From contig CP060229.1 of the NCBI GenBank assembly GCA_023898585.1, positions 11,388-75,387 on the forward strand: a stretch of 64,000 bases of DNA. The letters are read 5' to 3'. The DNA comes from Candidatus Nomurabacteria bacterium. GTDB lineage: Bacteria > Patescibacteriota > Minisyncoccia > Phycocordibacterales > UBA918. The notes beneath the pieces were generated by a model. The model made no database searches. It was not told where the DNA came from and saw nothing but the letters and a program-made list of their open reading frames with translations. The translations under genes were made by a program, and so were the position numbers. Of the stretch, positions 39,492-48,182 are shown in pieces; positions within the stretch are counted from its first letter, which is position 1; each line of letters opens with the position of its first letter.

Positions 39492-40661
39492 ATGTCCGAG
39501 CAAATCATTACAGGGATAGACGTCGGAACTTACCACATTAAAGTGGCTATTGCTCGTATGCCACAAAAAGGTAGCGGGGTTGTAAAACCAGAAATAATTG
39601 GTACTGGTCTGGCTGAGAGCCGAGGCTTAAAGAGTGGCTACATAATACAAACAGCAGAGGTGGCACGTAGCATAAAAAGTGCTATCTCTCAAGCTGAAAA
39701 AAATGCCGGGGTCACCATCAAGACCGCCCATGTAGCAATTGGAAGCATCGGTCTCGAAGAGATATATTCTCACGGAGAAATAATTCCGGCCCGAGCTGAC
39801 TCGGAAATAACTGCCTCTGACTTGGAAAAAGTGATGCAGGACAGTGAAGAAAGGATTATCGATCATATTCCAAACAGACGAATACTGCACAGCATCCCAC
39901 TGCGACACGTAGTAGACGGCACGGAAGTACTCGGTCGAGCCGAAGGTCTTAAAGGTACAAAGTTGGAAGTTGACAGTCTTTTTATAACGACATTTGAGCA
40001 ACATATCAATGATCTGATTGGAGCGATAGAAAGCCTAGGTGTTTATGTTGAAGATGTTATCGCCTCACCCTTGGCCGCCAGTTTTGTTATGCTATCAAAG
40101 GCACAGAAGAGAGCCGGTTGTATATTGGCAAATATTGGAGCTGAGACCACTTCTATAGTTGTTTTCGAAGACTCAACTCCCATATCTCTGAAAATTTTTC
40201 CTATCGGATCAAACGACATCACAAATGACATAGCACTCGGTCTACGCATGTCTTTGGAAGATTCTGAAAAAATAAAACGTGGAGCAATCAACAATGCTAC
40301 ATATTCCAAAAAGACCCTGGATGAAATTATTAAAGATAGACTGACAACCATATTCAACCTTATTGACAGCCACCTCAAAAAAATCAAAAGAGACGGCTTG
40401 TTGCCCGCTGGAATAATATTAACTGGAGGAGGTGCTAATGTGGGAGGAATAATCGACACTGCAAAATCCGTACTTGAACTGCCGGCTCGAACAGCCACGT
40501 TAGACATCGGTAAGAATGTTAAAATTCGTGACGCATCGTGGGCGGTCGCTTACGGTCTTTGTATGTGGGGGGCGAGTGACGCAACCGAAACGACGGCTCT
40601 TGGTATAGTGAAGCACACACGAAGAAGCATCCTTTCTTGGTTGAGTCAGTTTCTTCCTTGA
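39492..40661 (+). CDS. ftsA: cell division protein FtsA
   Basis: Actin-fold N-terminus ITGIDVGTYHIKVAIA, GGGANVGGI motif; lies immediately upstream of ftsZ. Confidence 0.9.
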   Translation: MSEQIITGIDVGTYHIKVAIARMPQKGSGVVKPEIIGTGLAESRGLKSGYIIQTAEVARSIKSAISQAEKNAGVTIKTAHVAIGSIGLEEIYSHGEIIPARADSEITASDLEKVMQDSEERIIDHIPNRRILHSIPLRHVVDGTEVLGRAEGLKGTKLEVDSLFITTFEQHINDLIGAIESLGVYVEDVIASPLAASFVMLSKAQKRAGCILANIGAETTSIVVFEDSTPISLKIFPIGSNDITNDIALGLRMSLEDSEKIKRGAINNATYSKKTLDEIIKDRLTTIFNLIDSHLKKIKRDGLLPAGIILTGGGANVGGIIDTAKSVLELPARTATLDIGKNVKIRDASWAVAYGLCMWGASDATETTALGIVKHTRRSILSWLSQFLP

Positions 40662-40802
40662 TATTAACAATTTGTCAATTACACGATTATGGATTATGTC
40701 AATATGGTGACAGATATTTTTTTGACGTGTATTATGTAGTACGTTAATAGAAACTGATACTCATGGGTGGGTACGCAGGCAATAGACACAATAATATTCT
40801 GT

Positions 40803-42056
40803 ATGGAACAAATTAGATCAGACATCGAATCATTCGCACGAATCCGTGTAGTCGGCGTAGGCGGCTCAGGAAAAAACGCGGTGAACCATATGGTGTCATC
40901 AAAAGTAAAGGGGGTTGAATTTATCGCAATCAACAGTGATGCACAAGACCTTCACCATTCTCTTGCCAAGAAAAAAATTCACATTGGTAAAAATTTAACC
41001 CGCGGACTTGGAGCGGGAGGAAATCCCGACATGGGAAGAAGAGCAGCTGAAGAAACTCGTGAAGAAATCTCAAACGCGATCAAAGGGTCTGACATGATCT
41101 TCATTACTGGAGGTATGGGAGGCGGAACCGGAACCGGAAGTGCGCCGGTTGTGGCAAGAATTGCACGCGAAAGCGGAGCACTCACCGTCGGTGTTGTAAC
41201 AAAGCCATTTTTGTTTGAAGGTCAAGAAAGAATGAGGCTCGCGCTTGCCGGTATAGAAGAATTGAAACAGGAAGTAGACGCGCTAATCACTATCCCTAAT
41301 GACAGATTGCTTGCGATTGTTGATAAAGAAACGACAGTCCAAAGCGCCTTTGAACAATGCGACAACATTCTCATGCAGGCCGTTGAGGGTATTTCCGACC
41401 TCATCACCATGCCCGGTATTATCAATGTTGACTTTGCCGATATTCGTAGTGTGATGGAGAATGCTGGATCGGCATTAATGGGCGTTGGGATTGCCTCCGG
41501 TGAAAAGAGGGCTGAGGAGGCCGCTCAATCTGCTATAAACTCTCCCCTTCTTGAAGTGTCAATCACAGGAGCAAAGGGTGTCTTGTTCGCTATCGCCGGA
41601 GGCGATGACTTAGGTATGCTTGAAATACAAGACGCCGCCAGGGTGATAACAGAGTCTATAGACCCGCAAGCGAGAGTGATCTTTGGGGCGATAAGAGACG
41701 AGAAACTAAAGAAAAATGAACTCAAAGTCACAGTGATTGCAACTGGTTTCCCGGAAGATCCAGAGAACGGGGGTAGCTACAACATATCACGTCGAGCTCC
41801 CACAACCTCAGAATCAAATGAACGCGAAAAGGAAACTGTCTCGACAACGTCCGAACAAACCGGACGTGGAAGAATCTTCAATTCCCTTCCCAAGAAAACA
41901 GAGCCAACCAAAGTCTCAGACCAGATACCTAAAAGTAATGCTCCATCTGCGCCGGAACCATTAAAAAGAGAGCCCAAGCCCGTTGATCCTGTTGATGACG
42001 ATGATGACGATTGGGGAGCTGTTCCGGCATTCCTGAGAAGAAGTAAACTGAAGTAG
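40803..42056 (+). CDS. ftsZ: cell division GTPase FtsZ
   Basis: [13 protein letters not shown] and tubulin signature [12 protein letters not shown]; C-terminal [15 protein letters not shown] tail. Confidence 0.95.
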   Translation: MEQIRSDIESFARIRVVGVGGSGKNAVNHMVSSKVKGVEFIAINSDAQDLHHSLAKKKIHIGKNLTRGLGAGGNPDMGRRAAEETREEISNAIKGSDMIFITGGMGGGTGTGSAPVVARIARESGALTVGVVTKPFLFEGQERMRLALAGIEELKQEVDALITIPNDRLLAIVDKETTVQSAFEQCDNILMQAVEGISDLITMPGIINVDFADIRSVMENAGSALMGVGIASGEKRAEEAAQSAINSPLLEVSITGAKGVLFAIAGGDDLGMLEIQDAARVITESIDPQARVIFGAIRDEKLKKNELKVTVIATGFPEDPENGGSYNISRRAPTTSESNEREKETVSTTSEQTGRGRIFNSLPKKTEPTKVSDQIPKSNAPSAPEPLKREPKPVDPVDDDDDDWGAVPAFLRRSKLK

Positions 42057-42279
42057 CTACCGAAACTCTTCGCGAATATATTCACCAAGTCGATTACTCT
42101 TTCAGACCTGTCCAATAATACAGAAGTGGGAGTTATCTTGATTGACTTACCAGAACCTGACCGGATATCACGAGAACAGGTTGATTCGACCAACTTCTTA
42201 ACAGCTTTGATTTACAGCCATTATGTGTGTGTTATCCTGTTGTGGATTACAAGAAAATCTGTTTGCAATTCTATAAATT

Positions 42280-43203
42280 ATGTATGATCTATTAATAATT
42301 GGTGGGGGCCCGGCTGGTATCTCGGCAGGTATTTACGCGTCAAGAAAACAACTGAGAACTCTGTTTATAACCAAAGACTGGGGCGGGCAAAGTACGGTCT
42401 CCGATGACATACAGAACTGGATCGGTACTCCATCAATCAGTGGTGTGAAGTTGGCTGAAAACCTACGTGCTCACCTTGAAGCTTATGCTGGAGACAAGGT
42501 TGATATAATTTCAAATCAAACCGTACTGAAATTAGACAAGATACAAGATGGGTACTCAGTTAAATTGTCTGACGAGAGTATACACGAAGGCAAAGCTGTC
42601 TTGATCACATCCGGTTCTGAGCGCAAGAGGTTACCAATACCGGGGGCCGATGAATTCGAACATAAAGGAGTCACCTACTGTGCCAGTTGCGACGGTCCCA
42701 TATTCGCAGGACAAGACGTAGCTGTTATCGGAGGGGGAAATGCAGGGTTCGAAACGGCAGCTCAGCTTCTCGCCTACACCAAAAGTGTGACGCTTCTGCA
42801 ACATGGTCCACAGTTCAAAGCTGATCCGGTTACGGTTGAGAAAGTTCTAGCTCACGAAAACATGACCGGGCTTCTAAATGTAGAGACTAAGGAAGTGGTG
42901 GCTGATAAATTCGTCAAAGGGATAAAATATGTCGATACACAAACTAAAGCAGAACATATTTTGCCAGTCTCGGGCATTTTTGTGGAAATTGGGATGATTC
43001 CCAACACTGATTACGCCGGTGATATTGTAGAGAGAGATGAATATAAGAGAATTGTCATTGACCCCTGGACACAGAAAACATCGGCCGACAATATCTGGGC
43101 TGCTGGTGATTGCACCAATGTGAAATATCACCAAAACAATATAGCCGCTGGGGATGCGGTTAGGGCACTGGAAGATATCTACGTGACATTGAAGGCCAAG
43201 TAA
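42280..43203 (+). CDS. trxB: thioredoxin-disulfide reductase
   Basis: FAD motif IIGGGPAGISAGIY, redox CASCDG, NAD(P) motif VIGGGNAGFETA. Confidence 0.9.
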   Translation: MYDLLIIGGGPAGISAGIYASRKQLRTLFITKDWGGQSTVSDDIQNWIGTPSISGVKLAENLRAHLEAYAGDKVDIISNQTVLKLDKIQDGYSVKLSDESIHEGKAVLITSGSERKRLPIPGADEFEHKGVTYCASCDGPIFAGQDVAVIGGGNAGFETAAQLLAYTKSVTLLQHGPQFKADPVTVEKVLAHENMTGLLNVETKEVVADKFVKGIKYVDTQTKAEHILPVSGIFVEIGMIPNTDYAGDIVERDEYKRIVIDPWTQKTSADNIWAAGDCTNVKYHQNNIAAGDAVRALEDIYVTLKAK

Positions 43204-43215
43204 TCACCCAAAAAC

Positions 43216-43245
43216 AAAAACGCCCCCTCCAGGGCGTTTTTGTTT
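43216..43245 (+). terminator. rho-independent terminator of trxB
   Basis: ACGCCCCCTCCAGGGCGTTTTTGTTTT. Confidence 0.6.
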
Positions 43246-43605
43246 TGTACAACGTAGAGTTCGGTTTACGCGCTTTGCTCATATTCTTGAGCTAGTATTT
43301 TTAATACTTCACCACCGCGCAAACCTGATATATAGATTCTCATGACCAGAAAATAAGTCAATACTACAAAGAAAGCCTTATTTCAATGGGTAGCTGTGTA
43401 TAAACTGTGCAAAACTATGTAGATATCCGGTGTGAAACTATGGCGATAACTACATTGACTAAAGTTAAGCAAAAGTTAGCATTGAACAACTGTTGAGCGA
43501 ATCGTCACCAGACTGCATAGGTGGTTTTTCTGACACTCACGCTTCTCTTTTTACACAGTCCAACGTAAGGAATTATTAGCGTAAAACGCAACCTGCGATG
43601 AACTT

Positions 43606-44046
43606 ATGATTAGATTTTATTCACTATTTGTTACGGACGATAAGCTACTGGCAAGTCCGTATATTCGACGTTTCAACCTATTTCATGATTTGACTCTTCA
43701 TCTAGGAAAAGAGGAGGTCGTTCATTTCTTATTACAAACTCCCATAACAGAAAAACAACAGCAAAACTTGAACGTAATATTTGACCCGTTATCATTCGGA
43801 CTTTCTAAAGTTGAGGTCAAATCGTTTGAACATCAAACTTTAATAACAGTGACACTCACCCCCAAAGAACTAGGCTCGATGAAACTTGGGTTTACTTTCC
43901 CTCAAACTGAACACGAAAACGATAGTCACCTTAAAAAAGTTCCTTCGCCCTTTACTTCTGTGCCATGCTTGAGTTTTGGCTCCAGATATCTGACAAACAA
44001 AAGAAAGGCTGGTTTATCACGCCGGAAAAAAGTTTCCGCTAAGTGA
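43606..44046 (+). CDS. hypothetical protein (low confidence ORF)
   Basis: 146-aa ORF, no motif, weak RBS. Confidence 0.3.
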   Translation: MIRFYSLFVTDDKLLASPYIRRFNLFHDLTLHLGKEEVVHFLLQTPITEKQQQNLNVIFDPLSFGLSKVEVKSFEHQTLITVTLTPKELGSMKLGFTFPQTEHENDSHLKKVPSPFTSVPCLSFGSRYLTNKRKAGLSRRKKVSAK

Positions 44047-44224
44047 AGACATCTTCGGTAGACTACATGGATGCAAGATTTTGTCTGGGTGTTGCAGTTA
44101 TTTCTTTAACTAAGACTCTAAAAAGCTAGCATTTTTTTGATTATTTGTTATCATTTGGCGCACTTGTTATTAACTGCTTATTTTAGAATTTGAAGTATAG
44201 CAAGCCGAAATTGACCACATACAT

Positions 44225-44300
44225 TGGTCCCATCGTCTAATGGTCAGGACGTCAGGTTTTCATCCTGGAAATCGGGGTTCGATTCCCCGTGGGATCACCA
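44225..44300 (+). tRNA. tRNA-Glu (anticodon TTC), CCA encoded
   Basis: Acceptor GGTCCCA/TGGGATC (one G-U), anticodon loop TTTTCAT, T-arm CGGGGTTCGATTCCCCG. Confidence 0.8.
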
Positions 44301-44306
44301 TTGACA

Positions 44307-44349
44307 GCTAGCTGTTTATGGGTCATATTATGACCCATAAACAGCTAGC
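44307..44349. repeat. 43-bp perfect palindrome immediately 3' of tRNA-Glu
   Basis: GCTAGCTGTTTATGGGTCATA-T-TATGACCCATAAACAGCTAGC. Confidence 0.8.
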
Positions 44350-44357
44350 CCAAATCA

Positions 44358-44393
44358 ACACAAAAGCCACTCATTTTTGAGTGGCTTTTGTGT
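44358..44393. terminator. hairpin terminator for the minus-strand gene cluster ending at 44402
   Basis: ACACAAAAGCCACTCA-TTTT-TGAGTGGCTTTTGTGT. Confidence 0.55.
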
Positions 44394-44401
44394 TGATTCC
44401 C

Positions 44402-44817
44402 TTAGATTGTCTCTAAGAAACTTTCAATGTCTGGATATCGTTCATCGAACATCAAATAAAGAGTTTCAGGTTTCTCTACCTCCCCAATTAAAATCATCTT
44501 TTTACCAAATCCAAACGAAGCACCGGCTTCCATGTGTGCAGCCAAACCAGCAGGTAACAACATAACGATAGTATCTGCGTTCTTAAGACCATCCATATCA
44601 GTTTCAAAGTGATTCTGATGGACTGGATCGTTCCAAAAGTCGGGATGAGATCCGGTATCTCCATTTGTTTTTCCCAAGGCAGGTCAGGATTATCTGGAAC
44701 GGCTGGTTTATGGAGGAAGTTGTAGCAAGTGAACCCTTTAGCCTCAATACCATCAACGAGTCGTTGGATATTCTCAGAGTTACGAACTCTACCGATTACC
44801 ATATAGTCAGTTTTCAT
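44402..44817 (-). pseudogene. nucleoside 2-deoxyribosyltransferase-like (NDT/Rcl fold) gene with internal frameshift
   Basis: Two overlapping frames (44494..44817 and 44402..44677) together give an NDT-like protein: MKTDYMVIGRVRNSEN...; downstream frame NADTIVMLLPAGLAAHMEAGASFGFGKKMILIG resembles the NDT nucleophile-Glu region. Confidence 0.5.
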
Positions 44818-44821
44818 AAAA

Positions 44822-45211
44822 CTATTTTAGTACTTTAATTAAATCTTCTGGTGTAGTGAAGTAACCTCTGAACAGGACACTCCTGCACAATTCTTCGTCT
44901 TTGTCCGAAAAGGCATAAATCGGCTTTTTAGTTGCCATGGCATAACCAATTTCTAGCGTAGTGCTGTTACCACTGTATCCGTCTTTGTTGTATACAAATA
45001 CGACATCTGCCATCTCAATCTTATGAAAATGGTCGTGAGTTAGTCCTAGAGCAGTAAACTTTTTGTACTGATCTGATAGTTTCTCCCACTCGTCTTTACC
45101 CTCATGAAGATACTGAGCAAACACAACCACTCCTAATTCTTGCAGTCTCTTGGCGAACTCCACAATTTCTGGACGATAACGACGGCTACCGCAAATAACT
45201 ACTGATCTCAT
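44822..45211 (-). CDS. nucleoside 2-deoxyribosyltransferase-like protein (NDT/Rcl fold)
   Basis: ICGSRRY N-terminus and ADVVFVYNKDGYSGNSTTLEIGYAMATKKPIYAF. Confidence 0.55.
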   Translation of the reverse strand: MRSVVICGSRRYRPEIVEFAKRLQELGVVVFAQYLHEGKDEWEKLSDQYKKFTALGLTHDHFHKIEMADVVFVYNKDGYSGNSTTLEIGYAMATKKPIYAFSDKDEELCRSVLFRGYFTTPEDLIKVLK

Positions 45212-45750
45212 ATTTTTTTCTCAATGTCTTTAAAGAGGGATAATCCATCCTCATCTAGTAACGTCGGAATGAACTTTGACGCCTCTTGCTCGTCTAAGTT
45301 GAGTAAGGTAGTGACAGGATACGAAACAAACCCAAGAGCCTTACCCGCCTCAACAGTAAGGTCTTCTATAGCAACTTTTCTCTTGAGCAGATAAATATTG
45401 CGTCTTGGATGGTTGGTCATTCCTGTAACTTCATCAAAACTATTTCTTATTTCAGTTCGTAGAAAAATCAGCTCGCTAGGTTCGGCATCAAGTCCGGTCT
45501 CTTCCTTAAGCTCTTTAATGGCTGACTCCTCGTAAGTTTCTCCTAAATCAACATGACCTCCGGCAGTGGCGTCTAGTAGGTCTGGGTAGGTGTCTTTATC
45601 TTTAGCTCTATGCTGAAAGATCAATTCATTTTCTGGCGTAACGCACCACACATGGACCTCACCATGTAGCAATCCTTTCTGGTGAATTACATCTCGGTAT
45701 TCTTGACCGAGTATATTTCCTTGTTCGTCTAGAATGTTCAGTTTTTCCAT
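45208..45750 (-). CDS. NUDIX hydrolase
   Basis: Nudix box GGHVDLGETYEESAIKELKEETGL. Confidence 0.8.
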   Translation of the reverse strand: MEKLNILDEQGNILGQEYRDVIHQKGLLHGEVHVWCVTPENELIFQHRAKDKDTYPDLLDATAGGHVDLGETYEESAIKELKEETGLDAEPSELIFLRTEIRNSFDEVTGMTNHPRRNIYLLKRKVAIEDLTVEAGKALGFVSYPVTTLLNLDEQEASKFIPTLLDEDGLSLFKDIEKKI

Positions 45751-45752
45751 AA

Positions 45753-46334
45753 TTATTCTTCGATGGCATTAATATCAGCTAGTTCATTCTCAGCTTTCTC
45801 CCAAGGGAAAATGGTAATACCATCTCTCAATCCTAGTTCTTTTGCTTCCTCTGGTGTCGCCTTAAAGTTTTCATTGGTCATTGTCCCATAAAAGATACCG
45901 TCGATATCCTCCAAAGTTTCAAATCCTCCGTACACTTTTGAAAGGGTTGCCAAGTAGACTTTCGCCTTGGGGTACTTTTCTTTGATTGCCTTTGCCGCTC
46001 GCTTAGCAATAGACCCTGAGCTGGTATTACCCTCTGCTAAAATTACGTTCATCTCTTCAGGAACATCAACCAAAATGTCGGACACAGAAATAATCTGTGT
46101 GATTTCAGTAGGATTGTAGGAATATTTGAACTGTACTGGCAAGAGTGGCACCACCTCCATCTTTATTGCTAACACACTACCAACGATGCCGCCGGTCCTG
46201 TGTAGCTGAGAGATGACATGGACTTTATCAGTACTACCAAAGTGATCTGTTATTTTCTGTATCAAAACATCAATGAGTTGGTCAAACTCATGCCAGCTCA
46301 TTTGGTTCGTGTCTTTTTCTGTGTATTTATTCAT
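45753..46334 (-). CDS. phosphoribosyltransferase-like (type I PRTase fold) protein
   Basis: PRPP-loop-like NVILAEGNTSSGSIAKRA (degenerate VLLVDDVLTTGGT pattern). Confidence 0.4.
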   Translation of the reverse strand: MNKYTEKDTNQMSWHEFDQLIDVLIQKITDHFGSTDKVHVISQLHRTGGIVGSVLAIKMEVVPLLPVQFKYSYNPTEITQIISVSDILVDVPEEMNVILAEGNTSSGSIAKRAAKAIKEKYPKAKVYLATLSKVYGGFETLEDIDGIFYGTMTNENFKATPEEAKELGLRDGITIFPWEKAENELADINAIEE

Positions 46335-46337
46335 AGT

Positions 46338-46730
46338 TTATCTCTCCCATTGGGTTATGTGTGGCGAAAAGTCCACCTGATAATCTGGAATACCGAGTGA
46401 GATACCGTACTCAGTCGCTTTGTCATACTGAGCCTTATCGGTCCTGTCAGTTACATGAAATACCTTGTCACGATAAATGATGTAGTGCTCAGTATCAGAC
46501 TTAAAATCTGCGTACCAATCATGTTCTGGATCAAGTGCGTGGCTAATTTTCTCAGCTACGAGAGATGCTCTATCAGCATCAATCTCAACATTGTGCATGG
46601 TCCATTGTTCTACCCACGGAGTCTTATGACCCTCTGTAACCGACTCAACTTCGGTAGATGCAATCGTTACATCATCTAGGACCGATGTATCAACTAGGCT
46701 CTCCTCGATAATTACTCCAATGAATTTCAT
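46338..46730 (-). CDS. hypothetical protein
   Basis: 130-aa acidic ORF co-directional with and 3 bp from the upstream gene. Confidence 0.45.
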   Translation of the reverse strand: MKFIGVIIEESLVDTSVLDDVTIASTEVESVTEGHKTPWVEQWTMHNVEIDADRASLVAEKISHALDPEHDWYADFKSDTEHYIIYRDKVFHVTDRTDKAQYDKATEYGISLGIPDYQVDFSPHITQWER

Positions 46731-46894
46731 ACTTCAATTTATCTAACCTAACATTCATAATCTCTGAGTAAACAAAGAGAGCCGTGCCGGACACCCTTTC
46801 TTGACCTGTCTCTATCACCATATCAAACTTCACTACAAAGAGGACAGAAACTTCTTTTTAGTTAATCGTCCTCTTACTGAGCACAAAAAATGGA

Positions 46895-47047
46895 AAAAAT
46901 GGTGTCAGAGGAAAAAATGGTGTCAGAAAAAATGGGGAAAAATGGTGTCAGGGAAAAATGGTGTCAGGTACCTTTTTTAGGTCTTCCCCTCCCTCTAGAG
47001 GGAAAAATGGTGTCAGGTACCTTTTTTAGGTCTTCCCCTCCCTCTAG
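46895..47047 (+). repeat. REP-like tandem repeats: five copies of AAAAATGGTGTCAG, last two extended to a 48-bp unit
   Basis: AAAAATGGTGTCAGGTACCTTTTTTAGGTCTTCCCCTCCCTCTAG twice in tandem, preceded by three shorter copies. Confidence 0.75.
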
Positions 47048-47678
47048 TAGTAGCGTCAAGGTCATACTTATCAATCATATCGCCCGACCACTGCTCTCCT
47101 CCGAACGGCTTACCTTTGTTCACCGAATAACGAGCGACTTCTAGTTCTCCAGCAGTTAGGGGTGTGTGGATAAAATCTTCGTAGTCTCTAGGGAGTGCTA
47201 CTGGTAGTTTCGTTAATAGATTAGCTTTGTTGTTCTCTCTTCTATAGAAACTAGAATACTTCCAGTTATTCAGGTTTTTGACTAGCTTGGCCCTAAGTGG
47301 ATTTCGTTCAACATACCTAATGACAGTTAGCAGGTGTTGATCTTGTTCAATGAGGAAAGATTTATATCGCCCTTGGTACAAGTGCCCTGAACCGATGGTT
47401 TTATTCTGTACGTGCCATCTTTGCGTGTGAGTGAGAGTAAGCCACTGCATAAAACGCTGGAGGTCCCCATCCTTTTTGGGATACAAGATAAGATGGAAAT
47501 GATTAGGCATGATGCAGTATGCAATGATGCGCATATCGTACCTCTCAGCAGCATCTTCCAAGATAGACTCGAACAATTGATAGTCCTCCTCTTTGAAGAA
47601 AATCTTTAGTCTGGCATTGGCACGGTTGATTACGTGATACACCTCGTTACCCACATCTACTCTTGGTACCCTGCCCAT
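47013..47678 (-). CDS. HUH Y1 transposase, IS200-like / REP-associated tyrosine transposase (RAYT)-like
   Basis: N-terminal MGRVPRVDVGNEVYHVINRANARLKIFF (YHV..R.N.R..IF pattern) and HUH motif IMPNHFHLIL; flanked by inverted REP-like repeats. Confidence 0.75.
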   Translation of the reverse strand: MGRVPRVDVGNEVYHVINRANARLKIFFKEEDYQLFESILEDAAERYDMRIIAYCIMPNHFHLILYPKKDGDLQRFMQWLTLTHTQRWHVQNKTIGSGHLYQGRYKSFLIEQDQHLLTVIRYVERNPLRAKLVKNLNNWKYSSFYRRENNKANLLTKLPVALPRDYEDFIHTPLTAGELEVARYSVNKGKPFGGEQWSGDMIDKYDLDATTRGRGRPKKGT

Positions 47679-47698
47679 ATGTGTATTGTATCAGAAAA

Positions 47699-47717
47699 GG
47701 TACCTGACACCATTTTT
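47699..47717. repeat. inverted copy of the REP-like unit on the other side of the RAYT gene
   Basis: GGTACCTGACACCATTTTT is the reverse complement of AAAAATGGTGTCAGGTACC. Confidence 0.75.
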
Positions 47718-47967
47718 CACAATACCCCACTGTTTTCAGAGTCTACGAATAAGGACGATTTTTAGCTTTTTTAATTGTACTTTATTTTAAGAGTATTGTC
47801 AAGTAATCGTAATGCTCCGCAGGTAGGATTCGTCCCGCTTTTTCTAATTCACTACGTTCATAAGAACGCTGGACGCAGCTCGCTCGTTTTCTGCTCTAGG
47901 GATGAGCAGAAAACATCACTCCGCTTTTCGAATCCTAACGCAAGACACGAAGGTGTCTTGCTCCTGC

Positions 47968-48040
47968 GGAGCACTAAAATCAAAAGCCGCGCTGGTGCGC
48001 GACTAAGCTTTTATGTGCTCCGCGTGCTGGACGAGTTTGA
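47968..48040 (+). repeat. ~75-bp repeat copy A (GGAGCACTAAAATCAAAAGCC...TGGACGAGTTT)
   Basis: ~80% identical to 52302..52382, same orientation. Confidence 0.6.
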
Positions 48041-48182
48041 CCTAATTTTTAATGACTGAAAGGAGTATAAAAATGGAAATACTCTTGTGGTGCGAACCTT
48101 GGATTGGGTGAGTGTCGAGGAAACGATGCGACGTATTGGGCTTGTGACGTAAAAAACCAAACAATATAGTGAGATACAGAAG

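Noticed and set aside
46895-47047. CRISPR array
   Set aside because: The repeats are 14-48 bp units in direct tandem with no unique equal-length spacers, and an inverted copy sits on the other side of a HUH transposase; this is a REP-like arrangement. No cas genes in window.
46890-47144. 84-aa plus-strand ORF MEKMVSEEKMVSEKMGKNG...
   Set aside because: Its reading frame is generated by the tandem AAAAATGGTGTCAG REP-like repeats and overlaps the RAYT gene 3' end; it is repeat, not gene.
47775-48059. 94-aa ORF MYFILRVLSSNRNAPQVGFVPLF...
   Set aside because: Falls in the stem-rich non-coding region (nested inverted repeats and the 75-bp repeat); no RBS; more plausibly structured RNA or repeat.
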